NCBI GenBank assembly: GCA_021783515.1
Contig: JAJXTV010000010.1
Span: 29,053-93,052 of the forward strand
Reading direction: 5' to 3'
Source: Nitrospirota bacterium
Lineage (GTDB): Bacteria > Nitrospirota > Thermodesulfovibrionia > Thermodesulfovibrionales > UBA6898
Length of the DNA: 64,000 nt
Shown: one piece after another, positions 52,563 through 61,695 of the stretch
How positions within the stretch are numbered: the first letter of the stretch is position 1
Layout: each line of letters opens with the position of its first letter
Translations under genes and position numbers: made by a program
The notes under the pieces: model-generated
What the model was told of the DNA's origin: nothing
What the model saw: the letters and a program-made list of their open reading frames with translations, nothing else
Database searches by the model: none

Positions 52563-54002
52563 TCAGCGGTGCGCCCCTCCCACGACGATCTCGGGGATCC
52601 GCACTGTAGGCATCGCATCCGAGACGGGGACGCCCTGCGAGTCCTTCCCGCATGTGCCGATCGAAAAGCCGAGGTCATTGGCGACCATATCGATCGATTC
52701 CAGTACGCCGGGGCCGTTGCCGGTCAGCGTAGCGCCTCTTACCGGCTCCCCTTTCATCCCTTGTTCGATCAGATACCCCTCCTGGACGTCGAATACAAAG
52801 TCGCCCGTGACCGTGTTGACCTGTCCGCCGCCCATCTTTTCGACGAGGAGCCCCCTGTCGAGGGACCTCAGGACCTCTTCGGGCTGCATCCTGCCTTCCG
52901 CGATGAACGTGTTCGTCATCCTCGGGATCGGCCGGTGACGGTAGGATTCGCGCCTGCCGTTTCCGGTTGAGAGCACCCCGTCTTTCATGGAGGAGAGCTT
53001 GTCGTAAAGGTAGCACTGGAGGATGCCGTCCTGCACGAGGACGGTACGCCGGGAAGGCGTGCCCTCGTCGTCGAACCTGAATGAGCCCCTCTTCCCCGGC
53101 AGGGTCGAGTCGTCGACGACGGTGACAAGCGGCGAGGCCACACGTTTGCCGATCTTGTCCGAGAATACCGAGAGCTTCTGCCGGGCGAGGTCCGCTTCGA
53201 GACCGTGTCCGATCGCTTCGTGTATCATGGTGCCGCCGGCTGTCGATGAGATGACGACAGGCATCCTCCCTGCAGGGGCCTTTTGCGCCCCCAGCATCAT
53301 TAACGCGCGGGCGGCGGCCTTCAGCGCGATGCGGTCCAGTCCGCCCTCGTCAAAGAGCTCGAATCCGGCCATGCCGCCGAGGGTTTCATATCCGGTCTGG
53401 ATAACGTCATCCTGCGCGGCGATGACCTGAACGACGCCGGTTGTGTATACCCGTTCGTCGTCGGCGACAAACCCTTCTGAATTCGCGATCCGGACCTTCT
53501 GGACCGAATCCCGGTATATCGCAGTTACCTGCCTGATCCTGTCGTCAGACCTGCGTGCCGCCCTGTCGGCGTCCCTCACGAGCAGGATCTTCCTGCCGAT
53601 CGGCACGGACGGAGGCAGGAGCCGTACGTCGAACGCAAGGGCGGGTCTTCTGACGGTCAGGTCCCTCGCCGTCCCCGAAGCGCCGTCTGAGGCGGCCCTG
53701 CCCGCCTCGTGCGCTGCCTGCAGAAGCGCCTTCGCTGAAAGGTCATTGCTGTAAGCATAGGACGTTTTTCCCTTATGAATGAGGCGGATCCCGGCGCCGG
53801 ATTCACCTCCGGTGACGACCTTCTCGATCTTTCCGTCCTCCAGGACGATGGATGTCTGCATTCGGGACTCCACAAAGACGTCGGCGTATTCCCCGCCTTG
53901 CGCGAGTGCCTCCCGGATCAGGGCGAGCAGAAGTTCCGTATCGATCAATTTTGTCTCATGTGAAAGGAATAGGCAGATTCGCCGTCGAAATATCGACTGC
54001 AA
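52563..54002 (-). CDS. tldD: TldD-family metalloprotease
   Basis: 479 aa. HEAIGHGLEAD (HExxxH) and a C-terminal GxC region (IGTCGKDSQGVPV). The N-terminal start is uncertain. Confidence 0.85.
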   Translation of the reverse strand: MQSIFRRRICLFLSHETKLIDTELLLALIREALAQGGEYADVFVESRMQTSIVLEDGKIEKVVTGGESGAGIRLIHKGKTSYAYSNDLSAKALLQAAHEAGRAASDGASGTARDLTVRRPALAFDVRLLPPSVPIGRKILLVRDADRAARRSDDRIRQVTAIYRDSVQKVRIANSEGFVADDERVYTTGVVQVIAAQDDVIQTGYETLGGMAGFELFDEGGLDRIALKAAARALMMLGAQKAPAGRMPVVISSTAGGTMIHEAIGHGLEADLARQKLSVFSDKIGKRVASPLVTVVDDSTLPGKRGSFRFDDEGTPSRRTVLVQDGILQCYLYDKLSSMKDGVLSTGNGRRESYRHRPIPRMTNTFIAEGRMQPEEVLRSLDRGLLVEKMGGGQVNTVTGDFVFDVQEGYLIEQGMKGEPVRGATLTGNGPGVLESIDMVANDLGFSIGTCGKDSQGVPVSDAMPTVRIPEIVVGGAHR

Positions 54003-54059
54003 TTATTATACACTATTACCGGGGGCCGGACGCGGAGAACGATAAAGAGGAGGCACGCT

Positions 54060-54845
54060 ATGCCCTTGCTTGGTGTGATCGGCGGAAGCGGCTTGTACGA
54101 CATGCAGGACCTGGACATCAGCGATACGCTGAAGGTAGACACGCCCTATGGTCCCCCTTCGGGTTCTTACCGGATCGGACGGTTTGCCGGCATGGAGGCG
54201 GCTTTTCTCCCGCGCCACGGCGCCTCTCACCGGCTGCAGCCGCACAAAATTAATTATCGCGCGAACCTCTGGGGCTTTCGGGAACTCGGGGTCCGGAGGG
54301 TTGTTTCGGTCTGCGCGACGGGGGGGATCAATGCGGGGGTGCCCCCCGGTTCGATCGTGCTGCCCGACCAGATCATCGACTTGACGAGCGGCAGGATGTC
54401 CACTTTTTACGACGGGGACGAGGTGGTGCACGTCGACTTTACCGAACCCTTCTGCCCGGACCTGAGAGACCGCGTCCGGACGGCCTCGGAGGCGGCCGGA
54501 GTCCCGGTAATCCCCTCCGGCGTCTATATCTGCGTCAACGGTCCGCGTCTTGAAACAGCCGCCGAAATCAGGACCTTCGGCGCCTGGGGAGCCGATCTGG
54601 TCGGCATGACGCTCATGCCGGAGGCGGCCCTTGCGAGGGAGCTCGAAATGTGTTTTACTTGTATCGCGGTAGTTACCAACTTTGCCGCGGGGATCGCGGC
54701 CAGGAAGCTCACCGTACAGGAGGTGCTCGATACGATGAAAACGACGGAGGGGAAATTGCGGTCGCTCCTTGCGAAGCTGCTCTCCGCTGACCTTCGTTCC
54801 CCCCGCTGCGCCTGCAGACAATCGCTGAAAGAGGCAAGGCTGTAG
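54060..54845 (+). CDS. mtnP: S-methyl-5'-thioadenosine phosphorylase
   Basis: GVIGGSGLY, FLPRHG..H...PHKINYRAN and GMT..PEA.LARE. Confidence 0.85.
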   Translation: MPLLGVIGGSGLYDMQDLDISDTLKVDTPYGPPSGSYRIGRFAGMEAAFLPRHGASHRLQPHKINYRANLWGFRELGVRRVVSVCATGGINAGVPPGSIVLPDQIIDLTSGRMSTFYDGDEVVHVDFTEPFCPDLRDRVRTASEAAGVPVIPSGVYICVNGPRLETAAEIRTFGAWGADLVGMTLMPEAALARELEMCFTCIAVVTNFAAGIAARKLTVQEVLDTMKTTEGKLRSLLAKLLSADLRSPRCACRQSLKEARL

Positions 54846-54846
54846 G

Positions 54847-56217
54847 ATGCAGACGATCCTCCTCGTCGAAGATAAAGAATCGATGGCCGAGATGCTGAGG
54901 GAGACCCTCGAGGCCGAAGGGTATGCGGTCGTCATCGCCAGGGACGGTCAGGAAGGGATACGGCTGGTAAAGGAAGGCCGTTTCGACCTCGTCCTTTCGG
55001 ACCTTAAACTTCCCCGGAAAGACGGCATCGAGGTCCTCAAGGCGGCGAAGGGCGACAACCAGCTCGTCCCGGTTATCGTCATGACCGCGTTCGGCACGAT
55101 AGAGACGGCAGTGACCGCGATGAAAGAGGGGGCCTTCGACTTCATCACGAAACCCTTCGATACCGACCACCTCGTGCTGTTGATCCGCAGGGCGCTGGAA
55201 ACCCAGCGGCTGCTGACCGAAAACATTCTTCTCAAAGATGAACTCGCGGCGAGGGTCGGCGCGCCGAAGATCATCGGCAGAAGCGGCGGCATCATGGAAG
55301 TTGCGCAGAAGGTCCAGAAGGTGGCCCCGGGTAAGACGACGGTGCTCCTCCTCGGGGAGAGCGGCACCGGCAAGGAACTGTTCGCCCGCGCGATCCATGA
55401 CCTCAGCCCGAGAAGCGGCTACCCGTTCGTCCCGATAAACTGCGCCGCCATACCGAGGGAGCTTCTGGAGAGCGAGTTATTCGGCCATGAAAGGGGTTCC
55501 TTTACCGGGGCCGAAGCGAAGAAGATGGGGAAATTCGAGCTGGCCGACAGGGGCACGGTATTTCTGGACGAGATCGCCGAGATGGACCTTTCGCTTCAGA
55601 CGAAGCTGCTGAGGGCGATCCAGGAGGGCGAGATCGAGCGGGTCGGGGGCCTCAAGACGGTCTCCATCGATGTGAGGATTGTCGCCGCCAGCAACAGGAA
55701 CATCGAAAAGGCGGTGGAAGAGGGGTCGTTCAGGGAGGACCTCTATTACCGGCTGAACGTCTTCCCGATCGTAATCCCGCCTCTGCGCGAGCGGAGGGAC
55801 GATGTCCCGCTTCTTGCCGAATACTTCATCTCCAAATACGCGGCCGAGCTGAATACGACGAAAAAGGCGATCGCAAAAGACGCACTTGACCTGCTTGTGA
55901 ACTACCCGTGGAAGGGCAACGTCCGGGAACTCGAAAATTGCATGGAAAGGGCGATCATACTCTGTGACGGTGATACTATCCTGCCCGAGCATATCACCCT
56001 CGACAGGAAACGTTCCCTGGAGGGGGCGCTTCAGAACCTTTCGATGGAGGGTCCGCTCGAGGAAACGACCAGGGAGGCGGTGAGGTTCGCCGAGACCCGG
56101 AGGATCGTCCGTGCGCTGAAAGAGGTGAAGGGCAACAAGACCAGGGCGTCCGAACTGCTTCAGGTAAGCTATAAAACCCTTCTTACCAAGATCAAGGATT
56201 ACGGGATAGAATCGTAG
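54847..56217 (+). CDS. Sigma-54-dependent response regulator (NtrC family)
   Basis: REC domain, AAA+ module (GESGTGKE, GSFTGA, RVGG, FREDLYYRL) and a C-terminal Fis-type HTH. Confidence 0.9.
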   Translation: MQTILLVEDKESMAEMLRETLEAEGYAVVIARDGQEGIRLVKEGRFDLVLSDLKLPRKDGIEVLKAAKGDNQLVPVIVMTAFGTIETAVTAMKEGAFDFITKPFDTDHLVLLIRRALETQRLLTENILLKDELAARVGAPKIIGRSGGIMEVAQKVQKVAPGKTTVLLLGESGTGKELFARAIHDLSPRSGYPFVPINCAAIPRELLESELFGHERGSFTGAEAKKMGKFELADRGTVFLDEIAEMDLSLQTKLLRAIQEGEIERVGGLKTVSIDVRIVAASNRNIEKAVEEGSFREDLYYRLNVFPIVIPPLRERRDDVPLLAEYFISKYAAELNTTKKAIAKDALDLLVNYPWKGNVRELENCMERAIILCDGDTILPEHITLDRKRSLEGALQNLSMEGPLEETTREAVRFAETRRIVRALKEVKGNKTRASELLQVSYKTLLTKIKDYGIES

Positions 56218-56233
56218 AACGTCGCCTGTCTTC

Positions 56234-56263
56234 TTGACACTGCAAAGAGCTTGGAATTATCAT
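56234..56263 (+). promoter_or_regulatory. Predicted sigma-70 promoter of the TPR lipoprotein gene
   Basis: TTGACA (56234-56239), an 18-nt spacer, then TATCAT (56258-56263). The ATG lies at 56269, so the transcript would be nearly leaderless. Confidence 0.4.
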
Positions 56264-56268
56264 ACAAA

Positions 56269-56946
56269 ATGGGCAAAATCCGATATTTCTTGTTGTTTCT
56301 GCTGTTGCTTTATTCACTGGCGCTGATTTCCTGCCGCTCGGCGGCGACGAAGACCGAAGGGGAGGGCGAAAAGGGGACTACGGGGCTGAGCGCCGAGGAA
56401 CAGGACAAGGGGGCGCTGGTTCTCTTTCAGCAGGTCTTCGACCTCCTCCAGGATTCGGACAGAAAGGCCGCAGTTCCCAAAATGGAGGCCCTCTACCGGG
56501 AGATCATAACCCGGTATCCGAAGGCTGCGCTGACCCAGGAGTCATACTGGCGACTGGTGCTCATCTATCTGAAGGATTATGACCCGCCCGCATATGGCAA
56601 GGCAGAGGCGACCTACGAGGAGTTTATCTCCCGGTATCCGCAGTCGCAGTTTCGGCGGGAGGTCGAAAACGACATTACTAACGCCTATTACCGAAACGGG
56701 CAGTGGGAAAGCCTGATGAAATTCTGTACTCCCGCGGTGAAGCGCTATATCGAGAAGGGGAAGCTCGACCGGCCGCTCGACATGTTCTTGTACGCCGAGG
56801 CAAAGAAGAACCTGGGGGACACGGCGGAGGCGGTGAAAGGCTATAAGATTGTGATCGCGCTCTTCCCGAATTCGCGGGAAGGCTCGATGGCGAAGCTGAG
56901 GCTCGCCGCAATAGAGAAAGAGAATAAGGATAAAACGATAAAATAA
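56269..56946 (+). CDS. TPR-like lipoprotein (BamD/YfiO-like)
   Basis: The internal ATG gives [22 protein letters not shown] (lipobox). The remainder is helical repeats with [14 protein letters not shown] and [10 protein letters not shown]. Confidence 0.6.
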   Translation: MGKIRYFLLFLLLLYSLALISCRSAATKTEGEGEKGTTGLSAEEQDKGALVLFQQVFDLLQDSDRKAAVPKMEALYREIITRYPKAALTQESYWRLVLIYLKDYDPPAYGKAEATYEEFISRYPQSQFRREVENDITNAYYRNGQWESLMKFCTPAVKRYIEKGKLDRPLDMFLYAEAKKNLGDTAEAVKGYKIVIALFPNSREGSMAKLRLAAIEKENKDKTIK

Positions 56947-56963
56947 CGGTTCCGGAGGTTTTT

Positions 56964-57716
56964 GTGTCAGGACATTCGAAATGGTCACAGATCAAGCATA
57001 AGAAGGCGCATTCCGACGCCAAACGGGGGAAGATCTTTACCAAGATCGTAAAGGAGATCGCCATTGCGGCGAGACTCGGCGGCGGGGACCCGGACGGCAA
57101 CCCGAGGCTCAGAACGGCGATCGAGAAGGCCAAGGAAGTCAATATGCCTCATGACAACATCAAGAAGGCGATCATGAAAGGGACGGGAGAACTGCCCGGC
57201 GTGGCGTACGAGGAATTCGTCTACGAGGGATACGGGCCTGCAGGCGTGGCGGTGATGATCGAGGTGATGACGGACAACAAAAACCGGACCCTGCCCGAGA
57301 TCCGGCATATCCTTGCCAAGAGCGGCGGGAGCCTCGGCGAGACCGGCTGCGTTTCATGGATGTTCGACAAGCGGGGCTACATACTCGTGAACAAGTCGAA
57401 GGCGTCCGAGGATGCCCTGATGACTGCGGCGCTCGAGGCCGGCGCGGAAGACATGAAGAACGATCCCGATGAGGAAAACTACGAGATCGTAACGTCGCCC
57501 GAGGACTTCGAGACGGTGAAAGAGGCGCTCGAAAAGGCGCATATCGCCGTTGAATCAGCCGAGGTGACGATGCTGCCGAAGACATATGTGGTCCTTGACG
57601 AAAAGGCGGCCGAACAGACGATCCGGCTGATGGACGGGCTCGAGGAAAACGACGACGTCCAGAACGTCTATTCCAACTTCGACATCCCGGACGAAGTTGC
57701 CGAAAAGGTCGGCTGA
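56964..57716 (+). CDS. yebC: YebC/PmpR-family transcriptional regulator
   Basis: [25 protein letters not shown] is the canonical N-terminus. Confidence 0.9.
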   Translation: MSGHSKWSQIKHKKAHSDAKRGKIFTKIVKEIAIAARLGGGDPDGNPRLRTAIEKAKEVNMPHDNIKKAIMKGTGELPGVAYEEFVYEGYGPAGVAVMIEVMTDNKNRTLPEIRHILAKSGGSLGETGCVSWMFDKRGYILVNKSKASEDALMTAALEAGAEDMKNDPDEENYEIVTSPEDFETVKEALEKAHIAVESAEVTMLPKTYVVLDEKAAEQTIRLMDGLEENDDVQNVYSNFDIPDEVAEKVG

Positions 57717-57781
57717 CGCCGCCCTCATGAAGACGTTTTTCGTTGCATTGGCGACGTTGCCGGGATTATCATAAGCATACG

Positions 57782-58402
57782 ATGTCCATCTCTCTCGGGG
57801 CTGCCTTCAAAAGAAAATTCCTGACGGGACTGTTCGTCTCGATCCCGGCGGTCTTTACGATCTTCCTCATGGGGAAGTTCGTCGGTTTCGTCGACAGCCT
57901 CCTCGAACCCTTCTACTATGAGGTGCTGGGGTATCATACCAGGGGGCTGGGTTTCATCTCCGCCATCATCATTATTTTTCTCATCGGGGTCGTTTCGACA
58001 AACGTCTTCGGGAAGAAGATCATTACCCTGTTCGAGCAGGTCTTTCTGAAGATCCCGGTCTTCAAGGGGTTCTACACTGCGGTGAAGCAGCTTGTCGACG
58101 CCTTTTCGCCCGACAATAAGTCCGTCTCGTTCAAGAAGTTCGTCATCATCGAGTACCCGCGGTCCGGTGTGTTCGCCTTCGGCTTTCTGACGAAAGAATG
58201 CACGGTCAAAAAGGAGAGAAACGGCAAGGAGTCCTGCCTCCGGGCGGTCTACGTGCCGACGAACAACCTCTATCTCGGTGAGATCGTCCTTGTCAGCGAG
58301 AGCGACGTATTTTATACCAACATCCCGATCGATGAGGGGATCAAGATCATCCTCTCGGGCGGCATCGCCGCGCCGAACATGATCGGCGAGGCGTGCGAGT
58401 GA
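57782..58402 (+). CDS. DUF502-family membrane protein
   Basis: Internal ATG. FKRKFLTGLFVSIPAVFTIFL..., a second TM helix and a C-terminal GGI region. Confidence 0.65.
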   Translation: MSISLGAAFKRKFLTGLFVSIPAVFTIFLMGKFVGFVDSLLEPFYYEVLGYHTRGLGFISAIIIIFLIGVVSTNVFGKKIITLFEQVFLKIPVFKGFYTAVKQLVDAFSPDNKSVSFKKFVIIEYPRSGVFAFGFLTKECTVKKERNGKESCLRAVYVPTNNLYLGEIVLVSESDVFYTNIPIDEGIKIILSGGIAAPNMIGEACE

Positions 58403-59784
58403 AGACCGCCTGCGTCATCCTCGCCGGAGGTCTCGGGACAAGGATGCGATCGGACCTGCCGAAAGTGCTCCACCCGCTCTGCGGCCGCCCGATGATCGAA
58501 GGGGTCGTGGATGCGGCGAGGAAGTGCGGCGCGGCAAAAATCGTGGTGGTCGCCGGAAGACATCTTGATCAGATCAGGAAGGCAGTGGGGCGCGATGGCG
58601 TGGTGTTTGCGCTTCAGAAAGAGGCGAGGGGTACCGGGCATGCCCTGCGCTGCGCCAGAGCGGCGCTGAGAGGCTTCGACGGGACCGTCCTCGTATTGAA
58701 CGGAGACGCCCCTCTCATCGAAAGCGGGACGATCACTGCGCTGCTGCGACTGCACCGGAAGGAGCGAAACGGTATTTCGGTCCTCTCGTTTGAGGCGGCG
58801 GACCCCGCGGAGTACGGCAGGGTGGTGCGGGACTCTTCCGGGAGGATCGCGGCGATCATAGAAAACAGGGATGCCGGCCCGGAGGTGAAGGAGATACGGG
58901 AGGTAAACAGCGGGGTATATGCCATCGACAGCGGGTCTCTGTATCTCCTCGACAGGATCAGGAGGAACCGCGCAAAGGGTGAATACTACCTCACCGACAT
59001 TATCGGCGAGGCCTGCCGGACCGGTGTGAAGACCGCCGCCTATTGCATCGGGGCCGAAGAAGATCTTCTCGGCGTCAATACGAGGGAGGAGCTTTCCCGG
59101 GCGGCGATGCTCATGAGAAGGAGACTGGTGAAGAAGTGGGGTGAAAAGGGAGTGAGCTTTCTCGACGCGGACTCGGTCTTCCTTCATGCCGGCGTTTCGA
59201 TCGGACGGGACACGACGATCTACCCGAATGTCCACCTCGAAGGCAACACCATAATCGGAGGCGGGACGACGATTTATCCGAATGTGAGAATCGTCGACAG
59301 CAAGATCGGCAGAGGGGTGCTGGTCAAGGACTCTACGCTGATCGAAGGATCGAGGGTCGGCGACGGTGCTTCAGTCGGTCCCTTTGCGCACGTGCGGCCG
59401 GGCAGTGAAGTGGGGCGGGGGGCGAAGATCGGGAACTTCGTCGAGCTGAAGAAGGCGGTCATCGGGAGCGGGAGCAAGGCGTCCCATCTGAGCTATCTCG
59501 GGGACGCGACTGTCGGCAGCGGGGTCAACGTCGGCGCCGGTACGATCACCTGCAATTATGACGGGGAGCGGAAGCATGCCACGGTCCTTGGAGACGGGGT
59601 CTTTGTTGGGAGCGATACCCAACTGGTCGCGCCGGTGAGGGTCGGCAAGGGCGCCTATATCGGAGCCGGCTCCACGATTACGAAAGACGTCCCGGCCGGC
59701 GCGCTTGCGATCAGCCGGCAGGAGCAGAAGAACGTACCCGGCTGGGCGAACAGGAGAAAAAAATCGGGAAAGCGGCGGCAATAA
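58393..59784 (+). CDS. glmU: Bifunctional GlcNAc-1-P uridyltransferase / GlcN-1-P acetyltransferase
   Basis: VILAGGLGTRM, the LbH hexapeptide repeats and NYDG.KH.T. Confidence 0.9.
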   Translation: MRVKTACVILAGGLGTRMRSDLPKVLHPLCGRPMIEGVVDAARKCGAAKIVVVAGRHLDQIRKAVGRDGVVFALQKEARGTGHALRCARAALRGFDGTVLVLNGDAPLIESGTITALLRLHRKERNGISVLSFEAADPAEYGRVVRDSSGRIAAIIENRDAGPEVKEIREVNSGVYAIDSGSLYLLDRIRRNRAKGEYYLTDIIGEACRTGVKTAAYCIGAEEDLLGVNTREELSRAAMLMRRRLVKKWGEKGVSFLDADSVFLHAGVSIGRDTTIYPNVHLEGNTIIGGGTTIYPNVRIVDSKIGRGVLVKDSTLIEGSRVGDGASVGPFAHVRPGSEVGRGAKIGNFVELKKAVIGSGSKASHLSYLGDATVGSGVNVGAGTITCNYDGERKHATVLGDGVFVGSDTQLVAPVRVGKGAYIGAGSTITKDVPAGALAISRQEQKNVPGWANRRKKSGKRRQ

Positions 59785-59794
59785 CGAGGGTGCC

Positions 59795-61621
59795 ATGTGC
59801 GGAATAATAGGATATACGGGCAATAAGAATGCGGTTGCGGTCGTCCTCGAAGGGCTGAGAAGGCTCGAATACCGCGGATACGATTCGGCCGGAGTCGCGT
59901 TTTTTTCGGACAAGGGCGTGGAGGTGATACGCTGCAAAGGGAAGATCAGGGACCTCGCGGCCCTTGTTGAGAAGGAGCACCTTTCGAGTTCCACCGCGAT
60001 TGGCCATACGAGGTGGGCCACGCATGGAAGGCCGTCCGAGGAAAATGCGCACCCCCACCGGTCCGGCGGGATAGTTCTGGTCCATAACGGGATCGTCGAA
60101 AATTACCTCTCTCTGAAGAAGAAGCTCCTTGCGAAGGGCCATACGTTCATGTCGGACACCGATACCGAGGTGCTCTGCCACCTCATCCGGGATTGTGCCG
60201 GGACCCTGCCGCTGGAAGAGGCGGTCAGGGAGGCGCTGAAGGAAGTGAAAGGCGCCTACGCTCTTGCCGTCATGAATGAGAAGGAGCCGGGCAAGGTGGT
60301 CGGCGTCAGAAAGGACAGCCCGCTCGTCGTCGGTCTCGGAGACGGCGAATATTTCATCGCCTCGGATGTCCCTGCATTTTTGCCCTATTCGCGCGAAGTA
60401 ATCTATCTCGAGGAAGAGGAGATGGTGGTACTTACGAACGACGGCGCGCTGATCACGAAATTCGACGGCACCCCGGTCCAAAGGGATGTTCATTCCATAA
60501 CCATGAGTCCGGCGATGGCCGAAAAAGGCGGATACCGGCACTTTATGCTCAAGGAGATCTTCGAGCAGCCGCGGGCGGTGGGCGATACCCTGAGGGGAAG
60601 GTTCTCTGCAGACAGCGGGAAGATCAATCTCGAGGAGTTCGGGCTGTCGGAAGCTATGCTGAAGGAGATCAGCAAGATCTTTATCGTCGCCTGCGGCACG
60701 TCCTGGCACGCGGGGCTGATCGGCAAGTATATGTTCGAAGACGCGGCGAGGATACCTGTCGAAGTCGATATCGCATCGGAATTCCGCTACCGCAACCCTC
60801 TGATCGGTCCCGGACATCTCATGATTGTGATCACCCAGTCGGGAGAGACGGCCGACACGCTTGCCGCCCAGAGAGAGGCAAAGCGGCTCGGCGCAAGGGT
60901 GCTGAGCATCTGCAACGTGGTGGGCAGTTCTTCGGCGAGGGAGGCCGACGCGGTTTTCTATACCCATTCGGGGCCCGAGATCGGGGTGGCATCGACGAAG
61001 GCGTTTCTTACGCAGGTGACGGCGCTCTATCTGCTGGCGATCGCCTTCGGCATCTCCCGCGGGACCACGGGTCCGGAGCAGGTCAGAGAACTGCTGTCGG
61101 AACTCCTGCTGCTGCCGGGGAAGATAGAACGGGCGCTTGCGATGGAAGGCTCGATCAGGACGATCGCAAAGGAATTCTTCAAGGCGAGGGGCTTTATCTA
61201 TCTCGGCAGGGGGATCAACTATCCGATAGCGCTGGAAGGGGCGCTGAAACTCAAGGAGATTTCCTATATCCATGCAGAGGGATATCCTGCCGGGGAGATG
61301 AAGCACGGCCCGATCGCGCTGATCGACGAGGAACTCCCTGTCGTCATCCTGGTCTCGAAGGACGGACTGTTCGAAAAGATGATGTCGAGCGTCCAGGAGG
61401 TCAACAGCAGGGGCGGCAAAGTCGTGGCCATAGCGTCCGAGGACGTGAAGGACCTCTGTGAGATTTCGCAGAGCTGCCTGCTTGTGCCGGATACCAACCG
61501 TTACCTTACTCCGGCACTTTTTGCGGTGCCGCTGCAGCTGCTGGCGTATCACATCGGAGTGATGAGGGGGTGCGACGTCGACCAGCCGCGGAACCTGGCC
61601 AAGAGCGTGACTGTCGAGTGA
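59795..61621 (+). CDS. glmS: Glutamine--fructose-6-phosphate aminotransferase
   Basis: The MCGIIGY nucleophile start, two SIS domains and a C-terminal ...LAKSVTVE. Confidence 0.95.
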   Translation: MCGIIGYTGNKNAVAVVLEGLRRLEYRGYDSAGVAFFSDKGVEVIRCKGKIRDLAALVEKEHLSSSTAIGHTRWATHGRPSEENAHPHRSGGIVLVHNGIVENYLSLKKKLLAKGHTFMSDTDTEVLCHLIRDCAGTLPLEEAVREALKEVKGAYALAVMNEKEPGKVVGVRKDSPLVVGLGDGEYFIASDVPAFLPYSREVIYLEEEEMVVLTNDGALITKFDGTPVQRDVHSITMSPAMAEKGGYRHFMLKEIFEQPRAVGDTLRGRFSADSGKINLEEFGLSEAMLKEISKIFIVACGTSWHAGLIGKYMFEDAARIPVEVDIASEFRYRNPLIGPGHLMIVITQSGETADTLAAQREAKRLGARVLSICNVVGSSSAREADAVFYTHSGPEIGVASTKAFLTQVTALYLLAIAFGISRGTTGPEQVRELLSELLLLPGKIERALAMEGSIRTIAKEFFKARGFIYLGRGINYPIALEGALKLKEISYIHAEGYPAGEMKHGPIALIDEELPVVILVSKDGLFEKMMSSVQEVNSRGGKVVAIASEDVKDLCEISQSCLLVPDTNRYLTPALFAVPLQLLAYHIGVMRGCDVDQPRNLAKSVTVE

Positions 61622-61695
61622 GCGGGGGCGGCTCAGGCCGATCCGGTAGATTTTAAAGGGGAAAATCTGTTATTCTATAATGCCTGGGAAGCAAG

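Noticed and set aside
59711-61552. 613-aa minus-strand ORF antisense to glmS
   Set aside because: glmS on the plus strand is unambiguous (MCGIIGY ... KSVTVE). The antisense product is Arg/Pro-rich with no recognisable domain.
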